Assembly: GCF_006345805.1 (NCBI RefSeq)
Contig: NC_043001.1
Coordinates: 62,124,001 to 62,188,000, forward strand
Reading direction: 5' to 3'
Source of the DNA: Octopus sinensis
Taxonomy: Eukaryota
Length of the DNA: 64,000 nt
The position numbers and the translations under genes are program-made. Below are positions 25,362-38,613 of this stretch, piece after piece. Each line of letters begins with the position of its first letter. Within the stretch, counting starts at the first letter, position 1. The notes below the pieces were generated by a model, which searched no databases, was not told the origin of the DNA, and saw only the letters and a list, made by a program, of their open reading frames with translations.

Positions 25362-26620
25362 GAGGCCGTGGTCTTTTGCAACTGGCAATAACAATGAAGA
25401 TTGCTACAATTGGCCTAGACACCTACCTGAAAAACTCTGAGGACTGGATGTTAAAACTTGTCTCAAAACATGATAACAAGAAAGCATCATACTCAGTCAC
25501 AAAACAGGCAAAGGAATATCTAAGTGAATTCCGAATACAACCATTTCGGAATTAGAGATAGACATACAAGAAACAAGCACAGAAAAAGCTAGGCGCATGA
25601 AACCCGTGCCAAAACTGCGGCCTTAGATATTCTGAATAATAAATGGCAAGAAAAACCTCTCTATGGCAAATACCCAAAGAGAGCGAATAATGCAGATATT
25701 GACAAAGCCCTGACCCATCAATGGCTAATGGCCTCTGGCTTAAAATCTGAAACAGAGGGGTTTATCATAGCAGCTCAAGATCAATGCCTACCAACAAGAA
25801 ACTACCAGGCCAACATATTAAAGAATGGCAGTAGCCCAACATGTTGTGTATGCCGACAACAAAGTGAAACCATTGATCATGTTGTCTCCAAATGCAGTCT
25901 TCTAGCGCCTACAGAGTACCTCAACATGCATGATAGAGCTGCACAATATATTCACTGGGTAATTTGCAAAAACCTGGATTTGCCCCATGAAAAAAACTGG
26001 TGGGAACACAATCCACCTCCAGTGCTTGAAAATGACCACATATCACTCCTCTGGAACTTCACCATTCAAACTGACAGGAAGATATATGCAAATAGGCCAG
26101 ACATCATATTGAAAGACTTCAGACAAAGAACATGCTTCTTCATTGATATGACTGTCCCAATCGATATAAACATATCTGTCAAGACCTACCAAAAACTGAG
26201 CAAATATAAAGATCTTGAAATAGAAATCAGCAAAATGTGGAAGCTGAAGACTAAAACAATACCTATTGTCATAGGTGCCCTGGGAATGATAGCGAAAGGG
26301 ACTGATTGCTACCTAACTCAGATACCAGGAAACCCCAAAATGGCAGAAATTCAAAAGATAGTGCTCATGGGAACTGCTCATATCCTACGCAAAATACTCT
26401 CTATGTAATCCCAAGGTTTAAAACAAACTTTTTTTTTTTTTTTAAATTTTATTTTTATGTATTAGACATTCACTAGTACAACACCAAAAAAACCCAAATA
26501 TATGGCACAGAACTTCCAACCTGTTGTCTCTTGAGGTCTCTGGGTGAGACTTGGAGCCAACTTGTACAGACATAAAGCAAAAGTCAAACATAGAATAATA
26601 ATAATAATAATAACAATAAT
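25340..26620 (+). mobile_element. R4/Dong-clade LINE 3' end (CCHC plus REL endonuclease), flanked by (AAT)n on both sides
   Basis: GGRGLLQ, HQWL..GLKSETEGFIIAAQDQ, C..C..ETIDHVVSKC, NRPDII..IDMTVP..KLSKYKDL..PIVIGALG, then a 3' UTR and an (AAT)n tail at ~26595-26620. An (AAT)n tract at 25292-25340 lies upstream. Confidence 0.92.
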
Positions 26621-26621
26621 A

Positions 26622-27175
26622 TGATGCAGTACCAGGCAGTGGCTCTTGTGGCTTCTGATCTTAACTGATTGGAAGTGTTATCATGTACATTGTTTTGTCT
26701 TGGAATAAAAGATGGGCTACAGCAAATATTCTGCTCAATACTACAGATTTGCTTGTCAGTTATTTGACCTTAACCAGTTGACCATGTCCCTTAGTGGCTG
26801 ACGATATGTGCATCTCTGATCACGAGCAGAAGTAGTGAGGGAGCATCATAGCCATGTGTTGAGAGGAATTCTTTGGGATTTGAATAATTCACCTCTGGAA
26901 ACATGGGTGTTTCCTTCAACATCCTTAAACAACCCTTATTCAGGAACCTTTTTAGTGGGATGGGTTACTCAACCAGAAGAAAATTCTAACTGGGCCCCAC
27001 CTGCAAAGTCATGTGCTGTTTATCTTGACATGAGATCACCATGTCGTGCACATATGGTTGTGATGCATGTACCTAGTGTACCCTTATCAGACTGGTAGTC
27101 ATGATGGGTATACTGGGTTTCGTATATTTTACCCCAGTGTTACTTTGATGGCATGTACTGCTCTCTCACTCAATA
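26622..27175 (+). mobile_element. Non-coding interspersed repeat (SINE-like) with an (AAT)n tail
   Basis: Fullest copy of the family also seen at 21870, 28785 and, inverted, at 29905-30225. It is bounded by AAT tracts. Confidence 0.75.
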
Positions 27176-27217
27176 GTAATACTAATAATAATGATAATAA
27201 TAATAATAATAATAATA

Positions 27218-27443
27218 ATAGACAACACATCAGAAAGTGTTAAGTGCACAATATTTGGACAAAAATAGACAACACATCAGAAAGTGATAGGTGCACAATA
27301 TTTGGACAAGAATAGACAACACATCAGAAAGTGATAAATGCAGAATCTGTGAACAAAATGATGAAACCGTATGGCATATTACCAGCCAATGTACACCACT
27401 AGCCCAGAAGGAATATAAGAGACATCATAACAATATAGCAAGG
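27218..27443 (+). mobile_element. R4/Dong zinc-knuckle fragment with a 47-bp internal tandem duplication
   Basis: IDNTSESDKCRICEQNDETVWHITSQC..EYKRHHN. ATAGACAACACATCAGAAAGTG recurs at 27218, 27265 and 27312. Confidence 0.8.
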
Positions 27444-28785
27444 CTTAACTTATTGGAAGTGTTATCACAATCTTAACTGATTGGAATTGTTATCATGATC
27501 TTAACTGATTGAAATTGTTAGCATGATCTTAACTGATTGGAATTGTTATCCTGATCTTAACTGATTGAAATTGTTATCCTGATCTTAACTGATTGGAAGT
27601 GTTATCACAATCTTAACTGATTGGAATTGTTATCCTGATCTTAACTGATTGGAAGTGTTATCACAATCTTAACTGATTGGAATTGTTATCATGATCTTAA
27701 CTGATTGGAATTGTTAGCATGATCTTAACTGATTGGAATTGTTATCCTGATCTTAACTGATTGGAATTGTTATCCTGATCTTAACTGATTGGAAGTGTTA
27801 TCACAATCTTAACTGATTGGAATTGTTATCCTGATCTTAACTGATTGGAAGTGTTATCACAATCTTAACTGATTGGAATTGTTATCCTGATCTTAACTGA
27901 TTGGAAGTGTTATCACAATCTTAACTGATTGGAATTGTTATCCTGATCTTAACTGATTGGAAGTGTTATCACAATCTTAACTGATTAGAATTGTTATCAT
28001 GATCTTAACTGATTGGAATTGTTATCATGATCTTAACTGATTGAAATTGTTAGCATGATCTTAACTGATTGGAATTGTTATCCTGATCTTAACTGATTGG
28101 AATTGTTATCCTGATCTTAACTGATTGAAATTGTTATCATGATCTCATCTAATTGGAATTGTTATCATGATCTTAACTGATTGGAATTGTTAGCATGATC
28201 TTAACTGATTGAAATTGTTATCATGATCTCATCTAATTGGAAGTGTTATCATGATCTTAACTGATTGGAAGTGTTATCACAATCTTAACTGATTGGAATT
28301 GTTATCATGATCTTAACTGATTGGAATTGTTATCCTGATCTTAACTGATTGGAATTGTTATCCTGATCTTAACTGATTGGAAGTGTTATCACAATCTTAA
28401 CTGATTGGAATTGTTATCATGATCTTAACTGATTGGAATTGTTATCCTGATCTTAACTGATTGGAATTGTTATCCTGATCTTAACTGATTGGAAGTGTTA
28501 TCACAATCTTAACTGATTGGAATTGCTATCATGATCTTAACTGATTGGAATTGCTATCCTGATCTTAACTGATTGGAAGTGTTATCACAATCTTAACTGA
28601 TTGGAATTGTTATCATGATCTTAACTGATTGAAATTGTTAGCATGATCTTAACTGATTGGAAGTGTTATCCTGATCTTAACTGATTGGAAGTGTTATCCT
28701 GATCTTAACTGATTGGAATTGTCATCCTGATCTTAACTGATTGGAATTGTCATCCTGATCTTAACTGATTGGAATTGTTATCATG
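27444..28785 (+). repeat. 28-bp minisatellite, about 48 units
   Basis: Unit GATCTTAACTGATTGGAA(T/G)TGTTATC(A/C)T in head-to-tail order with no spacers and recurring variant types. Confidence 0.97.
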
Positions 28786-29120
28786 TACATTGTTTTCTCT
28801 TGGTATAAAAGATGGGCAATCGCAAATATTCTCCTCAATACCACAGATTTGCTTGTCGGTACTTTGACCATAACCAGTTGAACATGTCCCTTAGTGGCTG
28901 AAAATATGTGCATCTTTGATCATGAGCAGAAGTAGTGGGTGGAGAGCATCATAACCATGTGTTGAGAGAAGTTCTTTGGGTTTGGATAATTCACTTTGGA
29001 AACATGATTGTGTTCACTCAACATCCTTAAACAACGCTTATTCAGGGACCTTTTGAGTGGGATGAGCTACTCAACCTGAAGAAAATACTAACTAGGTCTC
29101 ACCTGCAAGGTTAGGCGCTG
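28785..29120 (+). mobile_element. Remainder of the repeat that seeded the minisatellite
   Basis: The array runs directly into ...TCATGTACATTGTTTTCTCTTGG, colinear with 26685-27000. Confidence 0.85.
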
Positions 29121-29121
29121 T

Positions 29122-29152
<31 letters not shown>

Positions 29153-29232
29153 AAGAAGAAGAAGAAGAAGAAGAAGAAGAAGAAGAAGAAGAAGAAGAAG
29201 AAGAAGAAGAAGAAGAAGAAGAAGAAGAAGAA
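29122..29232 (+). repeat. (GAA)n microsatellite
   Basis: Pure AAG run. Confidence 0.98.
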
Positions 29233-29340
29233 GGACAATGATGACAATGAACTTCTTTCTAACATGTTCTCTTGAGGTCTCTGGGTGAGTCTTGGAGTCA
29301 ACTTGTACAAATACAAAGCAAAGTCAAACATATAATAATA

Positions 29341-29403
<63 letters not shown>

Positions 29404-29409
29404 GTAATA

Positions 29410-29820
29410 GGTGCAGGTGTGGCTGTGTGGTAAGCAATTAGCCTTCCAGCCACAGTTCTGTGTTCAGTTTCATTGCATGCCACATAGGGTAAATGTCACC
29501 CATTATAGCCCCAGGAGAAACCAAAGTCTTGTGACTTGACTTGACAGATGGAAACTGAAAGAATTCTGTCATATGCATGCTTGTGTGTGTGTGCGTGTGT
29601 GTGTGTGTGTGTGTGTTTTACTCCACCACACAACTTAACAACCAGTGTTGGTCTGTTTATATTCCCATAGCTTAAAGGTTTGGCAAAACAGACTACTAGA
29701 ATGAGTACCAGGCTTAAAGTTAAGTACTGGGATCTATTTGTTTGCCAAAACACTTCAAGGCAGTGCTCCAACATGACTGAAGTCTAATGACTGAAACAAG
29801 CAAAATATAAAGGATAAAAT
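29410..29820 (+). mobile_element. tRNA-derived SINE (family 1)
   Basis: Head GGTGCAGGTGTGGCTGTGTGGTAAG (A box), central (TG)n, tail ATGACTGAAACAAG. Confidence 0.85.
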
Positions 29821-29821
29821 A

Positions 29822-29904
<83 letters not shown>

Positions 29905-29909
<5 letters not shown>

Positions 29910-30225
29910 AGTGAGAGAGCATGCCATCAAAGTGACATTAGCATAAAATATACAAAGCCCAGTATACCCATCATGACTACCCATCTGATAAGGGTACACC
30001 TGGCACATGCATCACAACCATATGTGCGTGACATTGTAATCTCATATCAAGATAAACAGTACATGACCTGGTATGTGAGACCCAGCTAGAATCTTCTTCA
30101 ATTCGAGTAGCCTATCTCACTCAAAAGGTCCTTGAATAAGGATTGTTTAAGGATGTTGAAGGAAACACCCATGTTTCCAGTGTCACTTTGATGACGTGCA
30201 CTGCTCTCTCACTCAATAATAATTA
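29905..30225 (-). mobile_element. Inverted partial copy of the 26622-27175 repeat family
   Basis: Reverse complement of ~26910-27170, with a short plus-orientation 3' end appended at ~30181-30225. Confidence 0.75.
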
Positions 30226-30249
30226 TTATTATTATTATTTCAAATTTGT

Positions 30250-30440
30250 GCCACAAGGGAAGCTTGGAAGAGGTAAGGGATGAGTTGATTACATCTACCC
30301 CAGTCTTCTACTTGTACTTAATTTATCGACCTTGAAAGAATGAAAGGCAAAGTCAACCCTTGCAGAATTTGAATTCAGAACGTAGCAGCAGACGAAATAC
30401 TACTAAGCACTTCACCCAGCATGCTAATGATTTTGCCCAG
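30250..30440 (-). mobile_element. SINE family 3 fragment (GTTGACTTTGCCTTTCATCCTTTC..GTCGATAAA core)
   Basis: The same core occurs at 33400-33535 (minus) and 44035-44230 (plus). Confidence 0.7.
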
Positions 30441-30479
30441 CATGCTAATGATTTTGCCAGTACTTAGCAGCAGCATTCA

Positions 30480-33180
30480 CTTTATTGATAAGTGAGTCAG
30501 AATCAATACCAAACTGAATGCTGGAAAGACAAACCACCCTAATTCCCCAAAACAAAGACCCCATACATCCACAAAATTACAGACCAATAACATGCTTATC
30601 AACATCCTACAAAACCCTCACATCAGTCATCTATAACTGGCTTTAAAAAACACCTGGAAAAGAACAACGTATTACCAGAAGAACAAAAAGGGTTATGGAG
30701 AGGGATGTATGGCTGTGGGGAGGAACTTCTGGTAAATGGAGCCATTCTAGAGGACGGTAAGAGGAGAAAGACAAACCTGAAAATGATTTGAATTTATTAC
30801 TAGAAAGCATTTGACAGTGTTCCACACTCATGGATACTGGAATCTCTCCACATGAATAAGGTAGCCCCACCACTACTAAAATATATTTAAAATGGCAAAT
30901 TGGAAAACCAGTATAACATTAAAAAATTACTCACAAGTTATTAAAACCTAACCTAAAGAAGAGGGGTTTTCTAGGGAGTCTCACTGCCACCCCTACTTTT
31001 CTGCCTTTCTCTGACCCCACTAACAAACTTGTTAAATGAAACCACCATGAGTTATAGGTGCAATGGACAAAACATAAACCATCTCCTGTACATGGATGAC
31101 CTAAAACTTTTCACTAAAAGCACTATGGAACAGTGAAACCTTATCAAAATTGTCCAGAATTTCAGTAATGACATTGGAATGAGCATGGGACTGGACAAAT
31201 GTGCCAAAGTGACACTGAGAAGAGGTAAATTATTTAGCACTGAAAACACTCCACTTGACTTAGACACAGAAATTAGAGAATTAGACCACAACCACCCATA
31301 CAAATATCTAGGAATGAATGAAACAACTAAAATACAACACACAGAATTGAAAGAGAAATTAGAAGAGAATATTACACAAGAGTTAGACTAATATTAAACA
31401 CTGAACTTAATATTATTCTTTATATGCCCACAGGCATATAGTGTAGTATATAAGAACACAAGCTACTAACCCTTGGATTCTAAGTCCAATCCCAGGCAGA
31501 GACTTGAAAAATAATATCAACAGAAAAATAACATCAGCAACGTACCTTAGGAATGAGAACAGAATACCCCATTAGTCAAATAAAGGATTGGGTTCAAAAT
31601 TCCACCTGATGAAGGCTGGAGAGTACATCAGCCAAAACTTTATGATAACAACAAACAAAGCAAGGACACCTATCCCTCCATTGTAAATAATGTACTGAAA
31701 TTACTGCTAAAAATAAGCTAATAGGGATAAACATATCAGTCATAAATTACAGCTTCAACATAACATAAAACTGGATGATCAGTGAATTGAGAAACCTCGA
31801 TAAAAAAACCCAGAAAACTACTAACAGCATACCAAAGTCACCACCCCAAAGCAGACACAGACAGAATATATTCTACCCCACTCAGAAGGACACCATGACC
31901 TGATACTGATAGAGAACTACTATGGAATAATAACAGTTGGACTAGCAAAATACTTAGAAACAAAGAGTGGAAGACTACTGCATATAGTAAAGTAACACGA
32001 GAAAAAGAAAACGCTTTTCTCTATACACAAGTAGGCGATAAACTACACTGACACACTGAACTCAGATGACAACATAGCAGAAATAGTCAGAGAGACAAAA
32101 AACATCATGAAAATTGAATTATAAAAGATACTGAAGAAAAAATGGAGAGAAAAATCACTTCATGGCCAATACTTGACAGAAGAAGTGAGCCTTCTTGACA
32201 GAAGAAGTGAGCTTGACAGAATAAGTGAGCCTAAGTAAAAGCCAACAATGGCTCAAAAGCTCTGGGCTAAAAGCTGAAACAGAAGGACTGATTCTCATTG
32301 CACAAGACCAATGCCTGACTACAAGCAATTATAAAAACAAAATAATGGAAACAGACCACAGCACCAAATGTGCAACCAGCACAATGAGACAGTTGACCAC
32401 ATCATCTCGGGCTGCCCAGTCCTTGCCAAGTTTGAAAAGATATACAGACATGACAAAATAAGTAGTTATAGACAATATGCCAACATCATAACATCAAAAC
32501 TGACAACAGGTGGTATAAGCATGTGCCAAGCAAGGTACAAGACAACAACCAGGCCACAATTATCTGGGTTATGCCAGTTCAAACCGACAAAGAAATAAAA
32601 GCTAATCACCCAGACATAATGGTCAAGGATTGAGGAAAAACACCTGCTTACTGATAGACATTGCAGTCCTACCTGACCAAAATATTGTCAAAAAAGAAGT
32701 GGAGACATTGTCAAAGTACAAAGACCTCAAAATTGAAGTTTCCAAAATGTGGGGCAAGAAGGTAAAAACAATGCCTATAATAATTGGAGCATTGGGCATG
32801 ATAAAAAAACATATGAACAACAACGTGGAAGCTATACCTGGATTATCAACACTACACACTGTCCAAAGAATAGCCCTGCTAGGAACAGCCCAGCCCACAT
32901 CCTACAACAGACACTATCAATCCAATAATACAACCTAAACAAAACAACCCACGAATACAAGACACTCTATACAGCATTTACCCAGTGAAATAAACCTCAC
33001 CAGTAAGCCAAAAAACCAAAGCATTACACACTCAACACACAATACTAGCAGTAACACAACAAAAGACAGCACCACACCTCAAGAGAAAGAAAAAAGCTAA
33101 CACAATACAGTACCAGGAAGAGTTTGCACACTCTCAACAGCAGAAACGAACAAACAATGCTGCACACACCCCAGCAGCAA
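30480..33180 (+). mobile_element. R4/Dong-clade LINE, degenerate, interrupted at ~31400-31700
   Basis: PEEQKG, KAFDSVPHSWI, HLLYMDDLKLF, GLDKCAK, WLKSSGLKAETEG..AQDQ, ETVDHIISGC and LIDIAV..KYKDL..IIIGALG, followed by an A/C-rich 3' UTR. Confidence 0.88.
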
Positions 33181-34017
33181 GTAGCAGGTGATGCAGTAGA
33201 AATTTGCCTCAATCTACCAAATATTACAAACTAATAATAAATATGATAATCCTTTAACATCCATTTTCCATGATGGCATGGATTGGTCAGCTTGACCAAA
33301 GCTGGCAAGCTGGCAATCTGCACCAGGTTCTGGTCTGATTTGTCTTGGTTTCTATAGCTGGATGCCATAATAATAATAATAATAATAGTTTAGGAACAAG
33401 AAATTTAGGTGAGGTGTTAGTCAATTAAATTGAACTGAGCACTTTATAGGTACTTTATTTTATTGATGTTGGTAGGATTGAAAGACAAAGTTGACTTTGA
33501 AAAGATTTGAGTTCAGAACATAAAGAGCCAAAGTCCTAACTTTCATCATCCGAAAACATGCCTACACAATTTATGTACAAAATACTTCATTCCTTGAATT
33601 AACTTTTAAGACAGACCCCAAAACAAGTGTACTGGACTTGACTTCCTTCAACAACTTAACCTTGCCTATGTTCTGATCTCTCTACAGCTTTGTATTTAAC
33701 TTTCTAGGGTCAGTGAAAGTCAGTAGTGGCTCTGTGATACCAGCTAGATCTTTCTTCAACAAAATCCAATTCTGAAGCATACTAGAAGTTAATATTATAT
33801 GTCAAATGTCAAACATATTTTCATTGACTTGATACTTCATTATCCCCATCACTTGATTTCAATTTTTAGAGCGGAACCAAAAGCCTGATTATATTAACAA
33901 TGTGTTTGGAAACAACATAAATTTCACACAGTAATAATTACTCTTTCCAGTATTAATGCTTGGTCTTGTAACTATGTAAGAAAATATGGAAATGTTACAG
34001 GCAAAAAATATGAACAT

Positions 34018-34019
<2 letters not shown>

Positions 34020-34105
<86 letters not shown>

Positions 34106-34114
34106 AGGAAGAAA

Positions 34115-34163
<49 letters not shown>

Positions 34164-34165
34164 AC
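34020..34165 (+). repeat. (AAAG)n microsatellite
   Basis: Near-pure AGAA run. Confidence 0.97.
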
Positions 34166-34952
34166 GATTGAATGATTGAATGAATGTATGGTTGAAAGGA
34201 AAAAAGAGAAGAAAAGATATAGGAATACATTTTCAGAACGAGTGTTAAGCTAGAAAGACATGAAAAAAAAAATCAGTAATGAAGAGGAAATGAAGGAAGC
34301 CAGTGCACCTACTTTGAAATGGAATATTGTTAGTTGTTAAGAAGAAAGGGAAATGTAAAGTGTCCCTGTATGGTCAGGAAGTCATTAGGAAACACCCATT
34401 GACTCAAAATAGGTCATTTCAACTGCTAATAAGCATTGACCACTTGTCCACTTTTTATACTCACAAAAGCAGTACTTGCTTAGGGTAAGCAGCACATACA
34501 TAATTCAGCTATTTGGAAGTACAAAAATTTACATTAAAAAACTTCAGCAGCATGTGGAATTATCTGTTAATCATACAAATTGCAGGTATTTTAACAGGTA
34601 AGATTTTAAAAATACTTTGGATTTTCTGAGTTTAGAATTCTAAATTACAGCCAAAAAAAGTTTGAAAATACAAAATGTCTAAAAGATTTGATCTGTAAAA
34701 TGAAAATGGAGATTTATATTTATTGGATTATTGGTAGCTGGATTTTTGTAGTTGTTTAGTCCTTGGTTAAACTTGATTAAATAGACAAATCAACAACCAA
34801 ACAGTAAGCAACTCAGCATTTTTTCCTTTCATGTAAACATATATATAAGATATGATATATAACTCTATTTTCTGATTTTCTGATACCTTGCTCCCTCTCT
34901 TTTTGACATGATAAATTTCTAACAATTTTATCCTTTCATATTATGAGATATG

Positions 34953-34986
<34 letters not shown>

Positions 34987-35366
34987 TCTTTTACTCTTTT
35001 ACTTGTTTCAGTCATTTGACTGTGGCCATGCTGGAGCACTGCCTTTAGTCGAACAAATTGACCTCAGGACTTATTCTTTGTAAGCTTAGTACTTATTCTA
35101 TCGGCCTCTTTTGTTGAACCGCTAGGTTACAGGGATGTAAACACACCAGCATTGGTTGTCAAGCAATGCTGGAGGAAGAAACACAGACACACAAACATAC
35201 ATATATACACATATATATGACGGGCTTCTTTCAGTTTCTGTCTACCAAATCCACTCACAAGGCTTTGGTCAGTCCAAGGCTATGGTAGAAGACACTTGCC
35301 CAAGGTGCCATGCAGTGGGACTGAACCCAGAACTATGTGGTTCATAAGCAAGCTACTTACCACACA

Positions 35367-35370
<4 letters not shown>
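34987..35370 (-). mobile_element. tRNA-derived SINE (family 1)
   Basis: Reverse complement of the full head-to-tail consensus. Confidence 0.9.
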
Positions 35371-35417
<47 letters not shown>

Positions 35418-35513
35418 GTGTGTGTGTGTTAATATTTATATATACATACATATGTAAATGTATATATATATGAACATATATACACATATATATGTTTGTG
35501 TGTGTGTGTGTGA

Positions 35514-35886
35514 AGGCACAATGGCCCAGTGGTTAGGGCAGCTGACTCGCAGTTGTAGGATCGTAGCTTTGATTCTCAAACTGAATGTTGTGAATATTTA
35601 TTGAGCAAAAGCACCTAAAGCTCCACAAGGCTCTGGCAGGGGTGGGGTGGTGAATCCTGCTGTACACTTTCACCACAACTTTCTCTCTTTCTTCCTGATT
35701 CTTTTGTACCTATATTTCAAAGGGCCAGTCTTGTCAAACTGTGTCACACTGGATCTCCCCAAGAACTATGTTAAGGGTACACATGTCTGTGGAGTGCTCG
35801 GCCACTTGCACATTAATTTCACAAGCAGGCTGTTCCATTGATTGGATCAACTGGAACCCTTGTCATCATAACCAATGGAGTACCAC
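35514..35886 (+). mobile_element. tRNA-derived SINE (family 2)
   Basis: A-box-like TGGCCCAGTGGTTAGGGC and a degenerate B box. It sits between microsatellites and its body differs from family 1. Confidence 0.7.
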
Positions 35887-36000
35887 AATATATATATATA
35901 TATATGTATGTATACATATATATACATATGCATATATATATATATGTGCATATATATATATATATCATCATCATCATCGTTATGTATATATATATATATA

Positions 36001-37204
36001 CTAGCAGCATAGCCCGGCGTTGCCGGGTATATAAGAAACTTTGTCGATAAGCAATGCCCTTTACCTTTTTACCCTTTTTTGTACTCATTGAACCGTTATT
36101 TTGTAAAATGAAGCCTAAAAGGCATTCAAGGCACCATTCCCTTGCATGCATGAAGAAAATCTATGACAGTCAAAGTGCATTTTCTGGTTTTGTTTAGCAC
36201 ACCCAACCCAGTTCTGCGGGATCAGTGTCGCAACAGGAACACATGGGTTGGGAGTTTGACCAGCAGAGGTGATAAGGTTGCACATGCCAGCCCTTTTGAC
36301 CCCCACCCCAAACCCATGTTGGGTTCGGACCACAGCTAAGCCCTACCTAATCCTAACTTAAGTCTAGTGAAAGGGGGCTCGGGAGCCTCTAGTAGGCAAC
36401 GACTAATCCCGATCTAGTCCTTTCCCTCTAGAGAACGAAGGCGCATGTGTGCCTGAAATCCGCCAACTATTTAACAAAAGTCAGTTTTGTAGGGTTTGCA
36501 TGGTCGGTCTCAAAGTGATATGGTTTTGTCGATTTCTCCCAATACTTGTTAACTGCATTGACAAAAGGTCGTTAGTTTGACATTTAATGCAAACTTGATG
36601 TCCAACATCGGTGTAGGGAAAATCTATGTGAACTTTCAAAAAATATCGCAGAAAAATCGGTTTGCTATGTGTGCCACATATGATGTAATTAACCGATTTT
36701 TTCCAGTAATAACGTATCCTATTGGAATCAAAAGGGCCATATAGCTCCTTGGAGTAGACATGATGCTCGCTGTGAATTTCAAAAAAAATTCCTGCCAATT
36801 TGTTAAAGATATTATCGAAAATATGTCCTCTTGAATTTGAACGCGATTTCCCAAAATGGCATGATTTTATCGATTTTTTCTGATGGTTAGGTATTGCATG
36901 GAAAACTAACGTTAGAATTAAGTTCTTAAGGGTAACATTAAGCTTCACCATGAGTTTGGTGAAAATCGATTGCAAATTGCGAAAATTACAACGAAAATGT
37001 GTTGCATATGATAAGCTTAGATTCTCGACACCATGTCGAATTTATCGATTTTTTTCAGAACTGGGGGAACTTTTCAAAATTTTCGATGCGTTAGTTTTGA
37101 ATTATGACATTGGGCTATGTGTGTGTCAAGTTTCATCAGAATCGGTTGAAAGCCATGGTCAGGGTGAGGGTACAACCTGACAGACACACAGACAGACAAA
37201 CTGC

Positions 37205-37210
<6 letters not shown>
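36001..37210 (-). mobile_element. Non-autonomous Helitron
   Basis: 3' CTAG at 36001-36004 preceded, on the minus strand, by a GC hairpin CCCGGC-AAC-GCCGGG (36013-36027). The 5' end has (GTCT)n next to (TA)n. Confidence 0.8.
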
Positions 37211-37255
<45 letters not shown>

Positions 37256-37257
37256 GC

Positions 37258-37329
<72 letters not shown>

Positions 37330-37334
37330 TATAT

Positions 37335-37694
37335 CTTTTACTCTTTTACACTTTCACTTATTTCAATCTTTTGACTGTGGCCATGCTGGAGTACCACCTT
37401 TAGTCGAGTAAATTGACCCCAGGACTTATTTTTTGTAAGCCTAGTACTTATTCTATCGGTCTCTTTCACCGAACCGCTAAGTTACAGGGACGTAAACACA
37501 CCAGCATCGGTTGTCAAGCGATGTTGGGGGGAGAAACACATACATATATACATATATACAACGGGCTTGTTTCAGTTTCCGTCTACCAAATCTACTCACA
37601 AGGCTTTGGTCAGCCCGAGGCAATAGTAGAAGACACTTGCCCGGAACCATGTGGTTGGTAAGCAAGCTACTTACCACACAGCCACTCCTATGCC
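37335..37694 (-). mobile_element. tRNA-derived SINE (family 1)
   Basis: Well-preserved reverse-complement copy. Confidence 0.9.
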
Positions 37695-37699
37695 TATAT

Positions 37700-37870
37700 A
37701 TATATATATAGCAGATCTGTCATTTTAATGATTTTAATTACCATTTTCCGGTGATATCTGAAAAGAAACAGTAATTTTAGAAAAGTATGTTAAGCAACAC
37801 TAAAAATAAATCAAAAAACAAAAATAAACAAGCCTTTGATGCCAGGTGTTTCCATTATTTTGTCCAACCC

Positions 37871-37875
<5 letters not shown>
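37700..37875 (-). mobile_element. Tc1-like transposon end
   Basis: The minus strand begins TA-CAGGGGTTGGACAAAATAATGGAAACACC, a Tc1-type terminal inverted repeat. Confidence 0.6.
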
Positions 37876-37908
<33 letters not shown>

Positions 37909-37912
37909 TATA

Positions 37913-38131
37913 CAGTAATCCCTTGACTATCATGGAAGTTATGTTCCAAAAAACCCCACAATAGGTGAAATTCTGCAAAAGAGAAACAGTGCTGTACTGT
38001 ATACATTTTTAATTCTTTTTATAATTTGTATATATTTATTTTATTATAAATGCAAAACACCTCTGATGAATCAACGAAAGCTTAAATAATAAACTGCGAT
38101 AGATGAACCACAATACAGCGAGGGATTACTG
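37913..38131. mobile_element. pogo/Tigger-like MITE
   Basis: Terminal inverted repeats CAGTAATCCCT...AGGGATTACTG, with TA at the left flank. Confidence 0.75.
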
Positions 38132-38153
38132 TGTACATATATATAAATATAAT

Positions 38154-38560
<407 letters not shown>

Positions 38561-38613
38561 ATTGGTGAATTGAAGAAATGGAGCTGAACGCAGATTGAAC
38601 AGAAATCGTTTTA

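Noticed and set aside
27444-28785. CRISPR-like array of 28-bp repeats
   Set aside because: The units are contiguous with no unique spacers, no cas genes are present, the context is eukaryotic, and the unit derives from a local retroposon.
33700-33790. Possible exon after CTTTCTAG
   Set aside because: Every frame closes within about 30 codons and nothing links it to another exon.
38058-38090. CTGATGA...GAAA motif inside the Tigger-like MITE
   Set aside because: The six bases between the core halves cannot form stem II, and stem I is absent.
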